Shown here one piece after another: positions 37,845-49,797 of a DNA stretch of 64,000 nucleotides. The stretch lies in assembly GCF_001194135.2 (NCBI RefSeq), contig NC_069002.1:35042155-35106154 (forward strand), given 5' to 3'. The stretch comes from Octopus bimaculoides. Lineage: Eukaryota. The stretch's first letter is position 1, and each line of letters opens with the position of its first letter. The notes under the pieces are model-generated. The model did no database searches. It was not told the DNA's origin and worked only from the letters and a program-made list of their open reading frames with translations. The translations under genes were made by a program, and so were the position numbers.

Positions 37845-37967
37845 AACGAACACACAGTCAATAGCAAACAAATAATGACAAGAAGATAAAGGTGAGGACA
37901 ATGGGATATTGAAAATTCGACACACAAAACAACAGCAATAATAATATTGCTATTAATAATGATAATG

Positions 37968-38030
37968 ATGATGATGAGTGTGATGATGATGATGGTGATG
38001 ACGACGGTAATGGTGATGATGATGATTTAG
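37968..38030. repeat. (GAT)n microsatellite
   Basis: Direct reading. Confidence 0.9.
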
Positions 38031-38533
38031 AAAGAAGACAAGTCGAGGATGAAGAGACAGAAAACAAATACAGTAAAGAATGTTGTGTAAACACTGTTAA
38101 TAGAAATTCTTATGTTTCGAGTATTTATCATAGAAAGCAATGATCGACTTCAATGATTGCAAATTTAACAGCGATATTGTTTCCTGTTTTCCGTCTAAAA
38201 TTTTCCTCCGTCAATGTGCTCTCTTTATCATCATCCGGACGTTAGATTTCCGGAAGTCATATTTCCGAGAGGAAAATAAATAAAATAAAAAAACATCTAA
38301 AAAGCATATAATCTAAAAGTAAAAATTAAACAGGAAATAAAAAATATTGAAATCCAATTAAAATAAGAAAGAAAAATACAAAACAGAAGGGAAGACAATA
38401 TGAAAATGCAAACATTATTTTCAGAATGGAAATGATAGCAATTTCAAATTAAGAAATGTTCGAGTAGTCTGACACACGTACATGCACAGGGTGGCAGGCT
38501 CAGGCATCTACATATATATACATCCGTGTGTGT

Positions 38534-38595
<62 letters not shown>

Positions 38596-39048
38596 NNNNN
38601 NNNNNNNNNNNNNNNNNNNNNNNNNNNNNNNNNNNNNNNNNNNNNNNNNNNNNNNNNNNNNNNNNNNNNNNNNNNNNNNNNNNNNNNNNNNNNNNNNNNN
38701 NNNNNNNNNNNNNNNNNNNNNNNNNNNNNNNNNNNNNNNNNNNNNNNNNNNNNNNNNNNNNNNNNNNNNNNNNNNNNNNNNNNNNNNNNNNNNNNNNNNN
38801 NNNNNNNNNNNNNNNNNNNNNNNNNNNNNNNNNNNNNNNNNNNNNNNNNNNNNNNNNNNNNNNNNNNNNNNNNNNNNNNNNNNNNNNNNNNNNNNNNNNN
38901 NNNNNNNNNNNNNNNNNNNNNNNNNNNNNNNNNNNNNNNNNNNNNNNNNNNNNNNNNNNNNNNNNNNNNNNNNNNNNNNNNNNNNNNNNNNNNNNNNNNN
39001 NNNNNNNNNNNNNNNNNNNNNNNNNNNNNNNNNNNNNNNNNNNNNNNN

Positions 39049-39098
<50 letters not shown>

Positions 39099-40321
39099 TG
39101 CAGACATACATACTGATGCATGAAGTGACAGTCTCCACCTTTCCTCCTTTCCTTAAATACCGGTTTGCACGCGCGTATAGATCGATACATACATACAGAG
39201 ACAGATACCTAAAGAAATTCTACGAAAAACTTACATAGACTCCTACATGAAATTTATTAATATCAGTCACCCCCAAGCGTTCATCCATAAACTCTTTCAC
39301 TATAAATATTTTAATAAACACAATAATGAAAAACCTTCATAAGCTCTTTCAGTAAAACATTAAACTTATTCACTGAAAATATCCGTTGACTCAAACGGAG
39401 GAAATGATATATATTACAAGACAGTTGACGTTTATATTCCCTTGAGACGAAACATTTTAAAGATTTTTAAAGATGCTTGTCTTCAGCAAGAAACGGTCAG
39501 TATTTCTTCTATCTATTCCGTTACAGTTGGTTATTATTTGCAGCTTATTCTTATTTATGTCTGCAGATACGTTCAGATTTATTGTTACTTCAAAGGAAAA
39601 TCTAGTTAACAAAACTCTGAAGAAAAATAATGTAATTAAATTAAGCATACAGTTGAGATTTACTGAATTTACTTCGGAGGAAATTGTAAGCGAAGATGTG
39701 TAACGACGATACTAATATCTCTGATATATGACAAAACAAATCTTCACACTAGATGTTGTTTATTTTATTGTTTTTTGTCCTGATTTCTCTTGAAGAACTG
39801 AAAGAATGATTCCTAACTTATGCACACGGCTATATAATTCACCCGGTTCTTATTTTTATTGACTTCAGACTGACGTAATAGAAGTCAAAGACGGAGAATA
39901 TGCGTAGCTAGAATCTTAAAATATCGGAAAATCTATCAATTCTGCCATCTCTCGCCCTCTCTCTTCTATCTCCACTCTCTCCCATAGTCTCTGACTTTCT
40001 CTTCCTCTCCTTATCTGTCACCTTCTCGCTTCCTTTCTCTTTGTTTGCCTTTCTATCTCTTCCTCTCTCTCATCCTTTCCCCTCTATCCCCCCTCTCTCT
40101 CTCCCTCCTCATGTGTCATACTGAGACAAACGTTAATGATTTTTGAGCTTCCTGTCAAAGTCTGAAAGATATATAGTTTTTAAGAGGTATATTCCGTTTC
40201 GCTTGCAGTTTATTCTGCTAGTCTTCCACTCTTAAGAACTTACTACTGAAGCAAGAGCATTAAGCAGTTAGAATTAGTACTGTGCTAAGAAATAGAGAAC
40301 CGTGCTAACGATTCTTCGAGC

Positions 40322-40460
40322 GAGCAGAAAGGTTAGCAGTCCGAGCAAAATGTCTAACGTTATTTCTGTATTCAAATTCCGCCGCATTTGATTTTGCCTT
40401 TCATCGTCTTGGGATCTCCAAGGATAAATACTAGTTGAGCACCGGAATCGATGTTGTTGG
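40322..40460 (+). mobile_element. SINE family B, degenerate
   Basis: GCAGAAAGGTTAGCA...TTCAAATTCCGCCG...TTTGCCTTTCATC...ATACTAGTTGAGCAC. Confidence 0.65.
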
Positions 40461-42659
40461 GACAAAATTTGAAGCGAATATTAGAGACATGTGCGTTTAT
40501 GCATGGTGTATGTATTTATGATCCACTGTAAAAACCGATCGCTCGGTGAGTATTCTGTGTTGTAATTACAGTCGTCACTTGTGGAGGATTGATTATCATA
40601 TACCATACTTTTGCAGAGATAGACGGACTCTCTCCTTTCTGCCCATTCAAACTGTTTTATAATCGTGATGCTAGACGAGGAAAAATAGAGCGTTAAGCCA
40701 GCATCATTCTGGTGTTCCTATTGTGGCCTGAGTGGAATGCAACAACGTGAAATGAATTCTTCCTGTGAGGTGGTTGGTATAGTAATCGAAATCACGATAT
40801 TACGATCATTCTTCTAACTACTAAGCCGCCACAATCTTTAATTATACAAAATGTGTTTGTTTACTGACGCCATGACCCATATTTAAAAGAAAAAAAACAA
40901 CGTAGACCCAATAATGGACGTATGAGGTGACCAGTATGCATTGTATTAACCTGTGCTTATTATAAACCAATGAATGTAAAGTTTTGAAAACCTATCCATT
41001 GTAACTCCCGCTGCACTTCATAAATTTTACGTTACCTCCAGGCGCTACTTCAAACTGCTAGAAATATTACTGAGGTTCAATATTTTATTCTACAGTCTAC
41101 GGTATGGGCAATTTGAATCATAAAACATGATTTCAGTATCGCTGAAGGACAAGTCGCCAGTGACAAGTATTTAACTGATATACTTTTATTAATCAGACAC
41201 ATACACGTTAGACTTCATTAACTCCCCTTAAGTACATAACAAAAGGGAATTTTTATACACAATCAGCAACATAAATGTCACACTTCATTAACTATTTTGG
41301 CAGACATCTGACAATGAGATACTTGATACGATGTACACTGTTGGATAATAAATATTTGATATCGCTTGCTATACTGTTTGAATAATGATTGGAATGAAGC
41401 TAACGCGTGTGTCTTCCACAAAGTCAAAATAATCATCTCACTCTACTTCCTTAAATATTACCAAAATGAAGAGATTGAGATGTTTATTTTGAACCTTTGG
41501 AAGACACACGAAGTGTCGAAATATTGTTCACTCGATAACAGTCGCATTCTTCTTATTGTTTCTTTACTTTCTTGTGGAGTAGCATCAATCCTTTATTATT
41601 ATTAATTTTATTAGCTTCATTATTATCAGTTATACTAACCACATTTTCAGTATCAACCTATTTAGACCTATCATTATTAATTATATATTCATCTTCAATA
41701 CTTAGTTTTTTGCTCATCACATTTCTATCATTATTCCTGTTGCTTTGTTAAAAAAAGATTGCTTAATGTATTTATTTCTAATTCTTTTTTATTTTTACTA
41801 ATTCTCCCTCTTAAGTTACAAATTATCCAATATGCTTTCATTTCTGGGAATTATCATTATTCTGGATATATATAATATTTTTTTTCTTTTTATCCAGCTT
41901 TAAATAATACGTGCGTTTATTAATTTTGATTTGGTTTAAATACATTCTCATTAGCCGCAAGTTTTGAAATACGAGTAGATATATTTCCCGTCTTCCATAT
42001 TTACTCACAAATCATTGGTCGGCGCAGCACTATAGCAGTTCTATAGGAGAGACAGAGACATCTTGTCGAAATTCCAAGCGGTAAGACTAAAAACGAAATC
42101 TTATGGTGATAAAAAACCACATTCATACCTTTACTTCACCTTCATTTAATTGAGAAATAAAATTTAATTGCTCGGATAATATTTCGAATATTTGAGAGGA
42201 GGCTATGTTTTTTATTTTATTTCAAGTTTCTTTCAATTAGATTCTATTTTAATTTAATATATTTTGAATTTATTTTAATTTACTACAAGTTCATAAAATT
42301 AGCTTCTCTGCTATAATTGCTTCTTGAAACTGTATAAAAGAAATTTTGACGCTCCGCTTTTTGACATTGCTATGAACAATTTCTATGACACTATGCGCTG
42401 TTGGTGTACAATAAATTGAATTCGTTATGTGAAAGTGTACTCTTCTAATTATCCAATTAAATTACGTCAATATACTCTCGTGATTCACTCGGTTTAGTAG
42501 TGAAGTTTGTCTCCAAATCATATATCGCCATATTGTTAATGCAAATAAAATGGCAAAACGACTGGTAAACGTCTGGTCTTTTCGTAGAAATAGGTGGATG
42601 TCTTTTATCTAGATTTGAGTATGGGCTAAACATGAAGAAAATATGACGAAATTGGCTGA

Positions 42660-42844
42660 GTAGACATGGCTGACTGATAAGAGCTGTAATTATCAACGAC
42701 ATGGTTCTGAGTTCCATCTAACTGTCTGGTAGTTTCTCCTAAGATGGTGCCAGTTGACCAAGGCTGCCAGTGGATTTGGCCGTCCAAAACAAAGAAACCC
42801 GTCATATATGTATTTGTGTGAGAGGGTTTGTGTGTGTGTGTGTG

Positions 42845-42886
<42 letters not shown>

Positions 42887-42962
42887 TATGGTTTGGGTTT
42901 CTGCTTGTTGTCACCATCATTTGACAGCCGTTGTTGGCTTGTTTACGTCCACATAACCTAGT
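42660..42962 (+). mobile_element. SINE family A, old degenerate copy interrupted by a Penelope-like fragment
   Basis: GACATGGCTGACTGATAAGAG head, GTGGATTTGG...AAGAAACCCGTCATATAT body, tail stopping at GTTTACGTCCACATAACCTAG. Confidence 0.6.
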
Positions 42963-42964
42963 AA

Positions 42965-43790
42965 TCTTGTTTGTTGTTAACGGCTGATATATCCTCCAGC
43001 ACACACATTTCCCCAACACACCTGATGAAGGCTGGAGGGAATATCAGAGATTCGATAGGGAGATCATTTCTGGGACTTTCTCTAACTGCTCTAGCTTCAC
43101 GTGGAGAAGAACCTCCAAGGTAGTCCCGACTTAATTCTCTCTACTCGATCCTTTAACATCCAGGAGATTCTTCACGTTGTCCGTAAATATACAGGCGAGA
43201 ATCCACCATTGATCCAAGCAGAGCATGTGTGTATTATTTGTATTCATAACTTTTGCTCTTAGGAGTTTTATATTTCTTGGATCTGTGTGAAGGTGTTTTC
43301 TTTTCCATCTATGTTTAGAATCATGATGAATTATTTTCGAAACTTGGTTCTAATAAATTTCCTTTTCCCTCATACAGCAAACAAATTATCTTCGTCCGTT
43401 CATTGTGTATATCATTGCATTCATGAATTCACAAACAAAGATTAAACGGGTGTAATATATTTTTGAATCTTCCTAGAACTTATTTCCAATGTTTTCTATC
43501 TTTTTTCTTGGGTCTGTCCCTGTTAAGTTTGAAATCCCCCCTTGTCAATCCATATTATTTATAGGGATTCCTAGAACCGTGAGAGCCTGCTTCAAAGCAG
43601 TAACACTGAACTTTTGGACATAATTCCTCAATGAGTGTGATAAGAGTAATCTTTGCACAGGCCAAAAACACATCAATACCAGAATAAAGAGTGATTTGCC
43701 AGACGAGATATTTACGTAATATTTGGAAACAGCTGTCATAAGCAGCATTCAAGCCAGACATGCATATATTCACGCGAGGTGTGTGCATAT
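42965..43790. mobile_element. Penelope-like element relic (inverted pseudo-LTR ends with degenerate hammerhead, decayed ORF on minus strand)
   Basis: 17-bp inverted arms at 42984-43000 and 43031-43047 (15/17 match) around CTGATGA at 43022. Multiply stopped basic minus-strand frame (QKFSVTALKQALTVLGIP...GKRKFIRTKFRK). Family assignment is inferred. Confidence 0.45.
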
Positions 43791-44276
43791 CATTTCTTGA
43801 ATATTTATTTAAAATATTTCACCAACGGAGAAAGAGCCAGTTTACCTCCTCGTAACAAAGTGTTTTCATTAAATTTGTCTACATCAAAAGGCAAGCAATT
43901 TTAATACGTTCCTATATATTTATGTAAATATGTTCCTTGTGTGAGTCTGCGTGTGTATATACATATATGTGTGCATGTATATATGTCTACATCGTGTTAG
44001 ATCTATACGTTTCAATTATGTATATATCCTCGTGCAAATCTTTCTAGAGTTGTTACATGTGTTGAAGTATCTACTATACACGAACCCCTTGAAATTCGCG
44101 CACATTTTTATCACTTCATGTAGAGCTTCATGTAAGTTTTTAATTACAGAACGCGGCCCTTCCGGCTCTATGAAACCTGGCTTCTTACAACTGGCAATGA
44201 AATAATTATTTCCTTCATAAATTAGCCCAATACTCACATTTGTAAATGTTTAAGCCTGACTTAGGTTCTGTTGCAT

Positions 44277-44328
<52 letters not shown>

Positions 44329-44853
44329 GTATGAATGGATACACGCATGCGTGTATGTATGCATATATGTAAGATTTTGTGTAGGTATGCTTATATCTGT
44401 ATAGTACGTCTATCTGTATGTATGTATATATGAATGTGCGTATGAATATGTATGCAAAGGTGTGTATATGTCCAGAATGTACGTATCTATAATGCGTGCA
44501 TGTATGTAAACATGCATGCGTATATATAGCAATGAACTAACAAGAAAGTTTCGCAGGAATTTCAATACTATCAATTCGGTATGTATGCATGTATTTCCTA
44601 TAGACGTGCGCACGTACAAGTAATTAAAAACACATGTAGACACGAGTATAAATATGTGAGTGCGCATGCATAATTCCCTTTGTCATTGCGCATGTGAATA
44701 TGCATAGATGCATATATGTTTATAAATGTACGCTAACATGCACATTCACTCGTGTGTTTTTCAGCATAAAACCTTATAAAATATTTAGATTTTTTAAGAC
44801 GGCGGGAACTAAGTTGCCAACACATACTATATACTGTTAAAGACTGTCATACC

Positions 44854-44893
44854 GGCCATGACGAAGGGAAATAGCCTTGAAACTCGAGTCGCC
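44854..44893 (+). ncRNA. Minimal type-I hammerhead ribozyme fold
   Basis: GGC-CATGACGA-AGGG aaatag CCTT-GAAAC-TCGA-GTC-GCC. Helix I GGC/GCC, helix II 4 bp (one G-U), helix III ACTCGAGT palindrome, GUC cleavage triplet. The core carries one extra or substituted A next to C3. Confidence 0.65.
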
Positions 44894-45143
44894 TTTATAT
44901 ATATATATATTTATATTTATATATTTATATATTTGATCCTTTATATTGAACACTCAATATTTCATCTACATTCAATACTTTATTTCATGGTGCCATCCAT
45001 TTTTATTTTATTTTATACTATATATTGTATATTATATTATATATTGTATATTCCATATTCTATACCCCACATTAGTTCTGCAGGAATATAAATAAAACAT
45101 AAAAAACAGACAGTGTTGGAACTCTTTTAAGCAAAATAATATA
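44894..45143 (+). repeat. AT-rich ~250-bp unit downstream of the hammerhead, duplicated (inverted) at 23521-23772
   Basis: About 99% identity by eye. Confidence 0.95.
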
Positions 45144-45199
45144 TTCCTCTATACACAATCATACAAAAAAATCCACCTTTTTTTGTATTTATTTTTACT

Positions 45200-45239
<40 letters not shown>

Positions 45240-45240
<1 letters not shown>

Positions 45241-45397
45241 GACGGGCTTCTTTCAGTTTCTGTCTAGCAAATCCACTCACATGGTTTTGGTCGTCTCCAG
45301 ACTATAGTAAAATACACTTACCCAAGGTGCCACGTAGTGGGATTGAACCTGAAACCATGAGGCTGATGAGCAAATTACTTACCACACAGCCAGCCCT
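45240..45397 (-). mobile_element. SINE family A, 5' half
   Basis: GACGGGCTTCTTTCAGTTTC...CCCAAGGTGCCACGTAGTGGGATTGAACC...CTTACCACACAGCC. Confidence 0.85.
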
Positions 45398-45882
45398 GCT
45401 CCGGTGTATATTGCTTTTCTGCCACTCATGTGACTCAAGTTAACTTAGTCATAATTTAGTACGCACTCATACAAACCATGGTAAAATAACACACCAACGG
45501 AAGCTTATATTCCTTTTTGCACTAACATTCATGCACTAATCAATCTAATATCGCAAGCGTTGCATTCTAAAAACCACGTGATATGGGAAAATCAGCGAAG
45601 TAGATACAGTTCTGTACTGTATCTTTTATAATTTTTATAGATTTATTTTAACTGCAAAACCACACTACGGAAGAATTGACGTAAGATTGAACAATAAACA
45701 GCGATATGGTGAGGGAGTACTGTGCATAAATAAATACATACAATACACACGCATATATATATATTTCACGCTCAATGCACCGTTTCGCGTCCGATCACCG
45801 AACCTAAGAAACTCGAAATTGGGAAGTAGTTAAATGGCTGACCACTTCGGAAACCTAGGTGGTGCAAGCTTCTCACCTTAAA

Positions 45883-46245
45883 GGCGCGACCACGGCTGTG
45901 TGCTAAGACATCTGCTTCTGAACTAGATTTGTTCAGCTTCCCAACTACACTGGTCATCGAGTTCAGTCCGACTGCGGTGAACCATCAGCCGGTGACACCT
46001 GCTATAGCTTCGGGCTGACCAAAGCCTAGTGAGAGGATCTGGTACACGTAAACTGAAAGAAGCGCGTCGTATATATGTGTGCATGTGCGTGTGTCCGTTT
46101 ATTTACATCCCTGCAACCTCGCAGTTTGGCAAATATGCCAATAGAACAAGTGACATGCTCAACAAAATATAATATGTACTGGGGTCGATATGTGTTCAAC
46201 TAAACCTTTTCAGTTTGATGACTGAAACAAGTATATGATAAAAGA
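45883..46245 (+). mobile_element. SINE family A, full length, with a small hairpin insertion in the head
   Basis: GGCGCGACCACGGCTGTGTGCTAAG...GAGTTCAGTCC...GCTTCGGGCTGACCAAAGCC...GATGACTGAAACAAGTA tail. Confidence 0.75.
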
Positions 46246-46344
46246 TAACACACGCGTGAGTGTAGACACACATATGCATACTCATGTACCTACATGGGTG
46301 CCGTTGGCGATTTCTTTTCCTTCTTTTGACCTTTCTCTTTCTTC

Positions 46345-46377
46345 TTTCCGACGAAGAGCTATGCTCGAAACGTTAAA
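46345..46377 (+). ncRNA. Minimal hammerhead variant (CCGACGA core) in a Penelope-LTR-like segment
   Basis: TTT-CCGACGA-A-GAGC tat GCTC-GAAAC-GT-T-AAA. Helix II 4 bp, palindromic AACGTT helix III with no loop (dimer-only), U4 to C, one extra A after A9. Confidence 0.5.
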
Positions 46378-46814
46378 CTCTTTCCTTTCACTGAGCGTTA
46401 AGCTAATACACCTCTTGTACACATCTTCACGTTCATCGTTTTCCCTTTTTTCTTGATTTTTATTCATTTCTTTGAATTGTTTTTTTTTTTGTCTAACTGA
46501 ATATCTTTGTGTGTGTATGTGTAATGTCTGATGAGAGAGTAAAGAAAGCCAAAACACTATATTTCGTATGCATTTTCCAACAGTTTAATTTGCAACTAAC
46601 ACCAGTCAATAAAACGTCGGCACCATATTTCGAGTCCTCTTCTCATAAGCCGATACCCAACCACACACCATTCACTGAAATGTTCGACTTTGTACTCTGA
46701 TAGGAAAACAATCGATATTCGTCGTATATACTTATCCCGCCCCGCTATTATCTTCAAAATCTTCACGGATATTTTTAATTGAATGATAATGTATTTCGTT
46801 GGGCGCACTAGCAA

Positions 46815-46920
46815 AACTTTGTTCGACAGGAAGGAGATGATCGAATTAAATCTACGTCAGTTTAATACTGGCTATTATTTTATCGATCCCAGTGGGTTGA
46901 AAGGCAAAAATCAACATTGT
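46815..46920 (-). mobile_element. SINE family B fragment
   Basis: TTTATCGATCCCAGTGGGTTGAAAGGCAAA. Confidence 0.65.
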
Positions 46921-48644
46921 GTATGGGAGGTAGGATAATATGATTTTATATTCTAAAAGCAATGGCTTTACAGTTCCGGTCGCATCTATTTCACATTAGA
47001 ATTTATAACTGAATATTTATAGGGAATTCTGTATAATATTTCGACAAAAGCCTTTTACAGTCTACCGATTTATAAATCAAATCAGGCGTAAAGTTTATAT
47101 TGTTAAGGTAACAAAACAAAACGAAAACAATATTTGTTGCTTGTTATTTGCATTCAATGTCTCCAGGTAGGATGAGCATATATGTGTAACTAGAGAAGAA
47201 AGAGAAAGCCAGTTAAACAGCGAAAGTCTGCGATTAAATAATTTTAATTTTGTTCTATTGACAAATGTTAGTGATTTTTCCAGAAATATTCAATTATATA
47301 TATTTGCTTGCCGTTTGCATCGTTGAAAGTTCATATGATTGTTAGAATGTCATTGCATTGCCTCCATATTAACAATTCGTGTTGGTGCTGGAAGAGGTCG
47401 GTACGGTGAAGGACGGAGGTGTAGGTTTATAAATGTTATTGCTTCAAATTGAATGTACCGGATTCCTTAATAATGGTAATTTCTGGCAGCATTTTATTTC
47501 TGATGTGTGTAAATGAATTTATATAGTTTTTCCTCCAATTCACAGCCTCGTAAATTGAATTTAAATTAGAGCTTTGCCTATGCTTTGTCTAACGTCCATG
47601 ACTCTCAGCGAATTGTTATTGGCGCTGGTATTTTTGTTGTTGTTTCGTTAGTAAAATGCAATTAGTTCTTCCATCAATGTTGTTGATATTAAACATCATC
47701 TGAAATAAATAAATAGGTTCACTCTCTCTCCTCCTCATCCCCTTCTCTCTCTCACTCTCTGCCTTCCATTTTGTTTCTCCCTTTGTTTCTCTCTCTTTCT
47801 TCTCTCTCATTATCTGTAACTATTTTTTTCTTTTATTTATGCAATTCTTTTATATGAAACCTTCAGGTGGAGCGAATTAAACCTTAGAATTTCGCAAGCC
47901 ACTTTTAAACATGAGATTAACAACAACAAACAACAAGAATAACAACGAAAAGCATCAAGAAAAACACCAACAAAACAACAGCAGTCACACGTATTAGAAG
48001 CTATAAACTGTTTGTTAACAGACATAAGGAAACCCATCATAAATGGAACACTTTTCTCCATTTAACCAGCATTACAAACAGATATATACCAGTTGTTTAT
48101 ATTGTTTTCATTCTGTATCATTAACAGCATGATTTAAAATTGTTGTTGTCTGTGTTGTTGCTGTCCTCACTACAACATTAACGACTTCACCAGTCTACGC
48201 TTATTAGAATGTATCATTAGTAGCACAGCTGTTTAATTGATAGGAAAATTGTTTTGTGGCATCTGTTTATGGTTCTTTAAATTCTGATTTCAAATCCCGT
48301 TGAGACCAATGTGTTTTTCACACTTTGTGGTTCGATATAATGGATGTACCATTTGAGTAAAAGCGTGAAATGACTGATTAACTTCACGAATCAGTTTCCT
48401 CGCCTTCTGCCTTGTACACCACGCATGTACACCTCCTTAAAGGGTCTTTGTAGAACGAATCAACGCATGTACTTATTTAAAACCTTATCTTATTAGTATC
48501 TGTTTCCGAACATCTAAGTTACGGGGACGTAAACAAAACAGGATCGGCTGTCAACACGGTGGGTAGGGACGGACAAGCACAAATACTCACACACACAGAT
48601 ATACACGCTTGAAATACTTTCACCTTAATGTTGTTCTTTATGTA

Positions 48645-48997
48645 CGGAGACACGGTCGTAGGATCGCGGTTTCGATTCCCAGACCGGGCGTTGTGAGTGT
48701 TTATTGAGCGAAAACACCTAAAGCTCCACGAGGCTCCGGCAGGGGATGGTGGTGAACTCTGCTGTACTCTTCCACCACAACTTTCTCTCACTCTTACTTC
48801 CTGTTTCTGTTGTACCTGTAATTCAAAGGGGTCAGCCTTGTCACACACTGTGTCACGCTGAATATCCCCAAGAACTACGTTAAGGGTACACGTGTCTGTG
48901 GAGTGCTCAGCCACTTGCACGTTAATTTCACGAGCAGGCTGTGCCGTTGATCGGATCAACTGAAATCCTCGACGTCGTTAGCGACGGAGTGCCAACA
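48645..48997 (+). mobile_element. SINE family C, slightly 5'-truncated, inverted relative to 36357-36737
   Basis: GGATCGCGGTTTCGATTCCCAGACCGGGCG...GTTGATCGGATCAACTGAAATCCTCGACGTCGTTAGCGACGGAGTGCCAACA. Confidence 0.9.
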
Positions 48998-49752
48998 AGT
49001 ATGTATGTATATATATATGTGGGTGTGTCAGATAGATAACTGTGTGTGTGTGTCTGTGTTCGAAACTATGTGCGTGTAAGCCGAACAGCAATATAATGTT
49101 TACGGAACATAAAATTCCACGATTTCAGGCGCCGAAATGTGAAAACCGAAATTGCCTTTTCGCAAAATTGCCGGATGCGATTCAGCTAACGAACTTACTT
49201 CTCTTCATATTTTATTGCACATATGTTGCTTAGTTTCTGAGCGCTATTCACTTCCAATACTTTTTGTCTGTCTCTTAATTTATACGCTTAAGCTATATAT
49301 TTCACGCTGATATTAACCGTACAATGAGTATCCAAACGTTATTATTTATATAAAGAATATAGTAACCAATTTTCAACTCTATTTCTCATGTTTTAAAATA
49401 GACCTGTAATTTGGATTGAATTTTTCTTATATTTTGATGCCTAACTATATATGTGATTCTCATATCAATTTTCTTGAATCGTTCATAAAGCAATACTGTT
49501 GATATATCTTTCGTGTATATAAGTAATGCGGATGTTTGCCTGTTGACATCCCTATGTGCATATGCGTTACGCATAAACACACACACACTCACGCACTCAC
49601 ACACCCACATAAACACACATATGTGTAATACATTCCTATACTGTATATATGTAATGTATATATTGTAATGTATACGAACATATATGTATATATATGAATA
49701 CACATGTTTATGTATATATTTATATATGCTTATATTTCACATATATATACAT

Positions 49753-49797
<45 letters not shown>

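Noticed and set aside
44858-45091. Hydrophobic 77-aa ORF duplicated at 23573, resembling a small membrane protein
   Set aside because: It arises from AT-rich low complexity. Near identity reflects recent duplication, not selection, and there is no codon evidence.
45835-45865. CTGACCA-C(TTCG)G-GAAAC-CTAG-GTG hammerhead-like string
   Set aside because: G8 is absent, helix II is 1 bp and the triplet GUG is non-cleavable. Probably chance.
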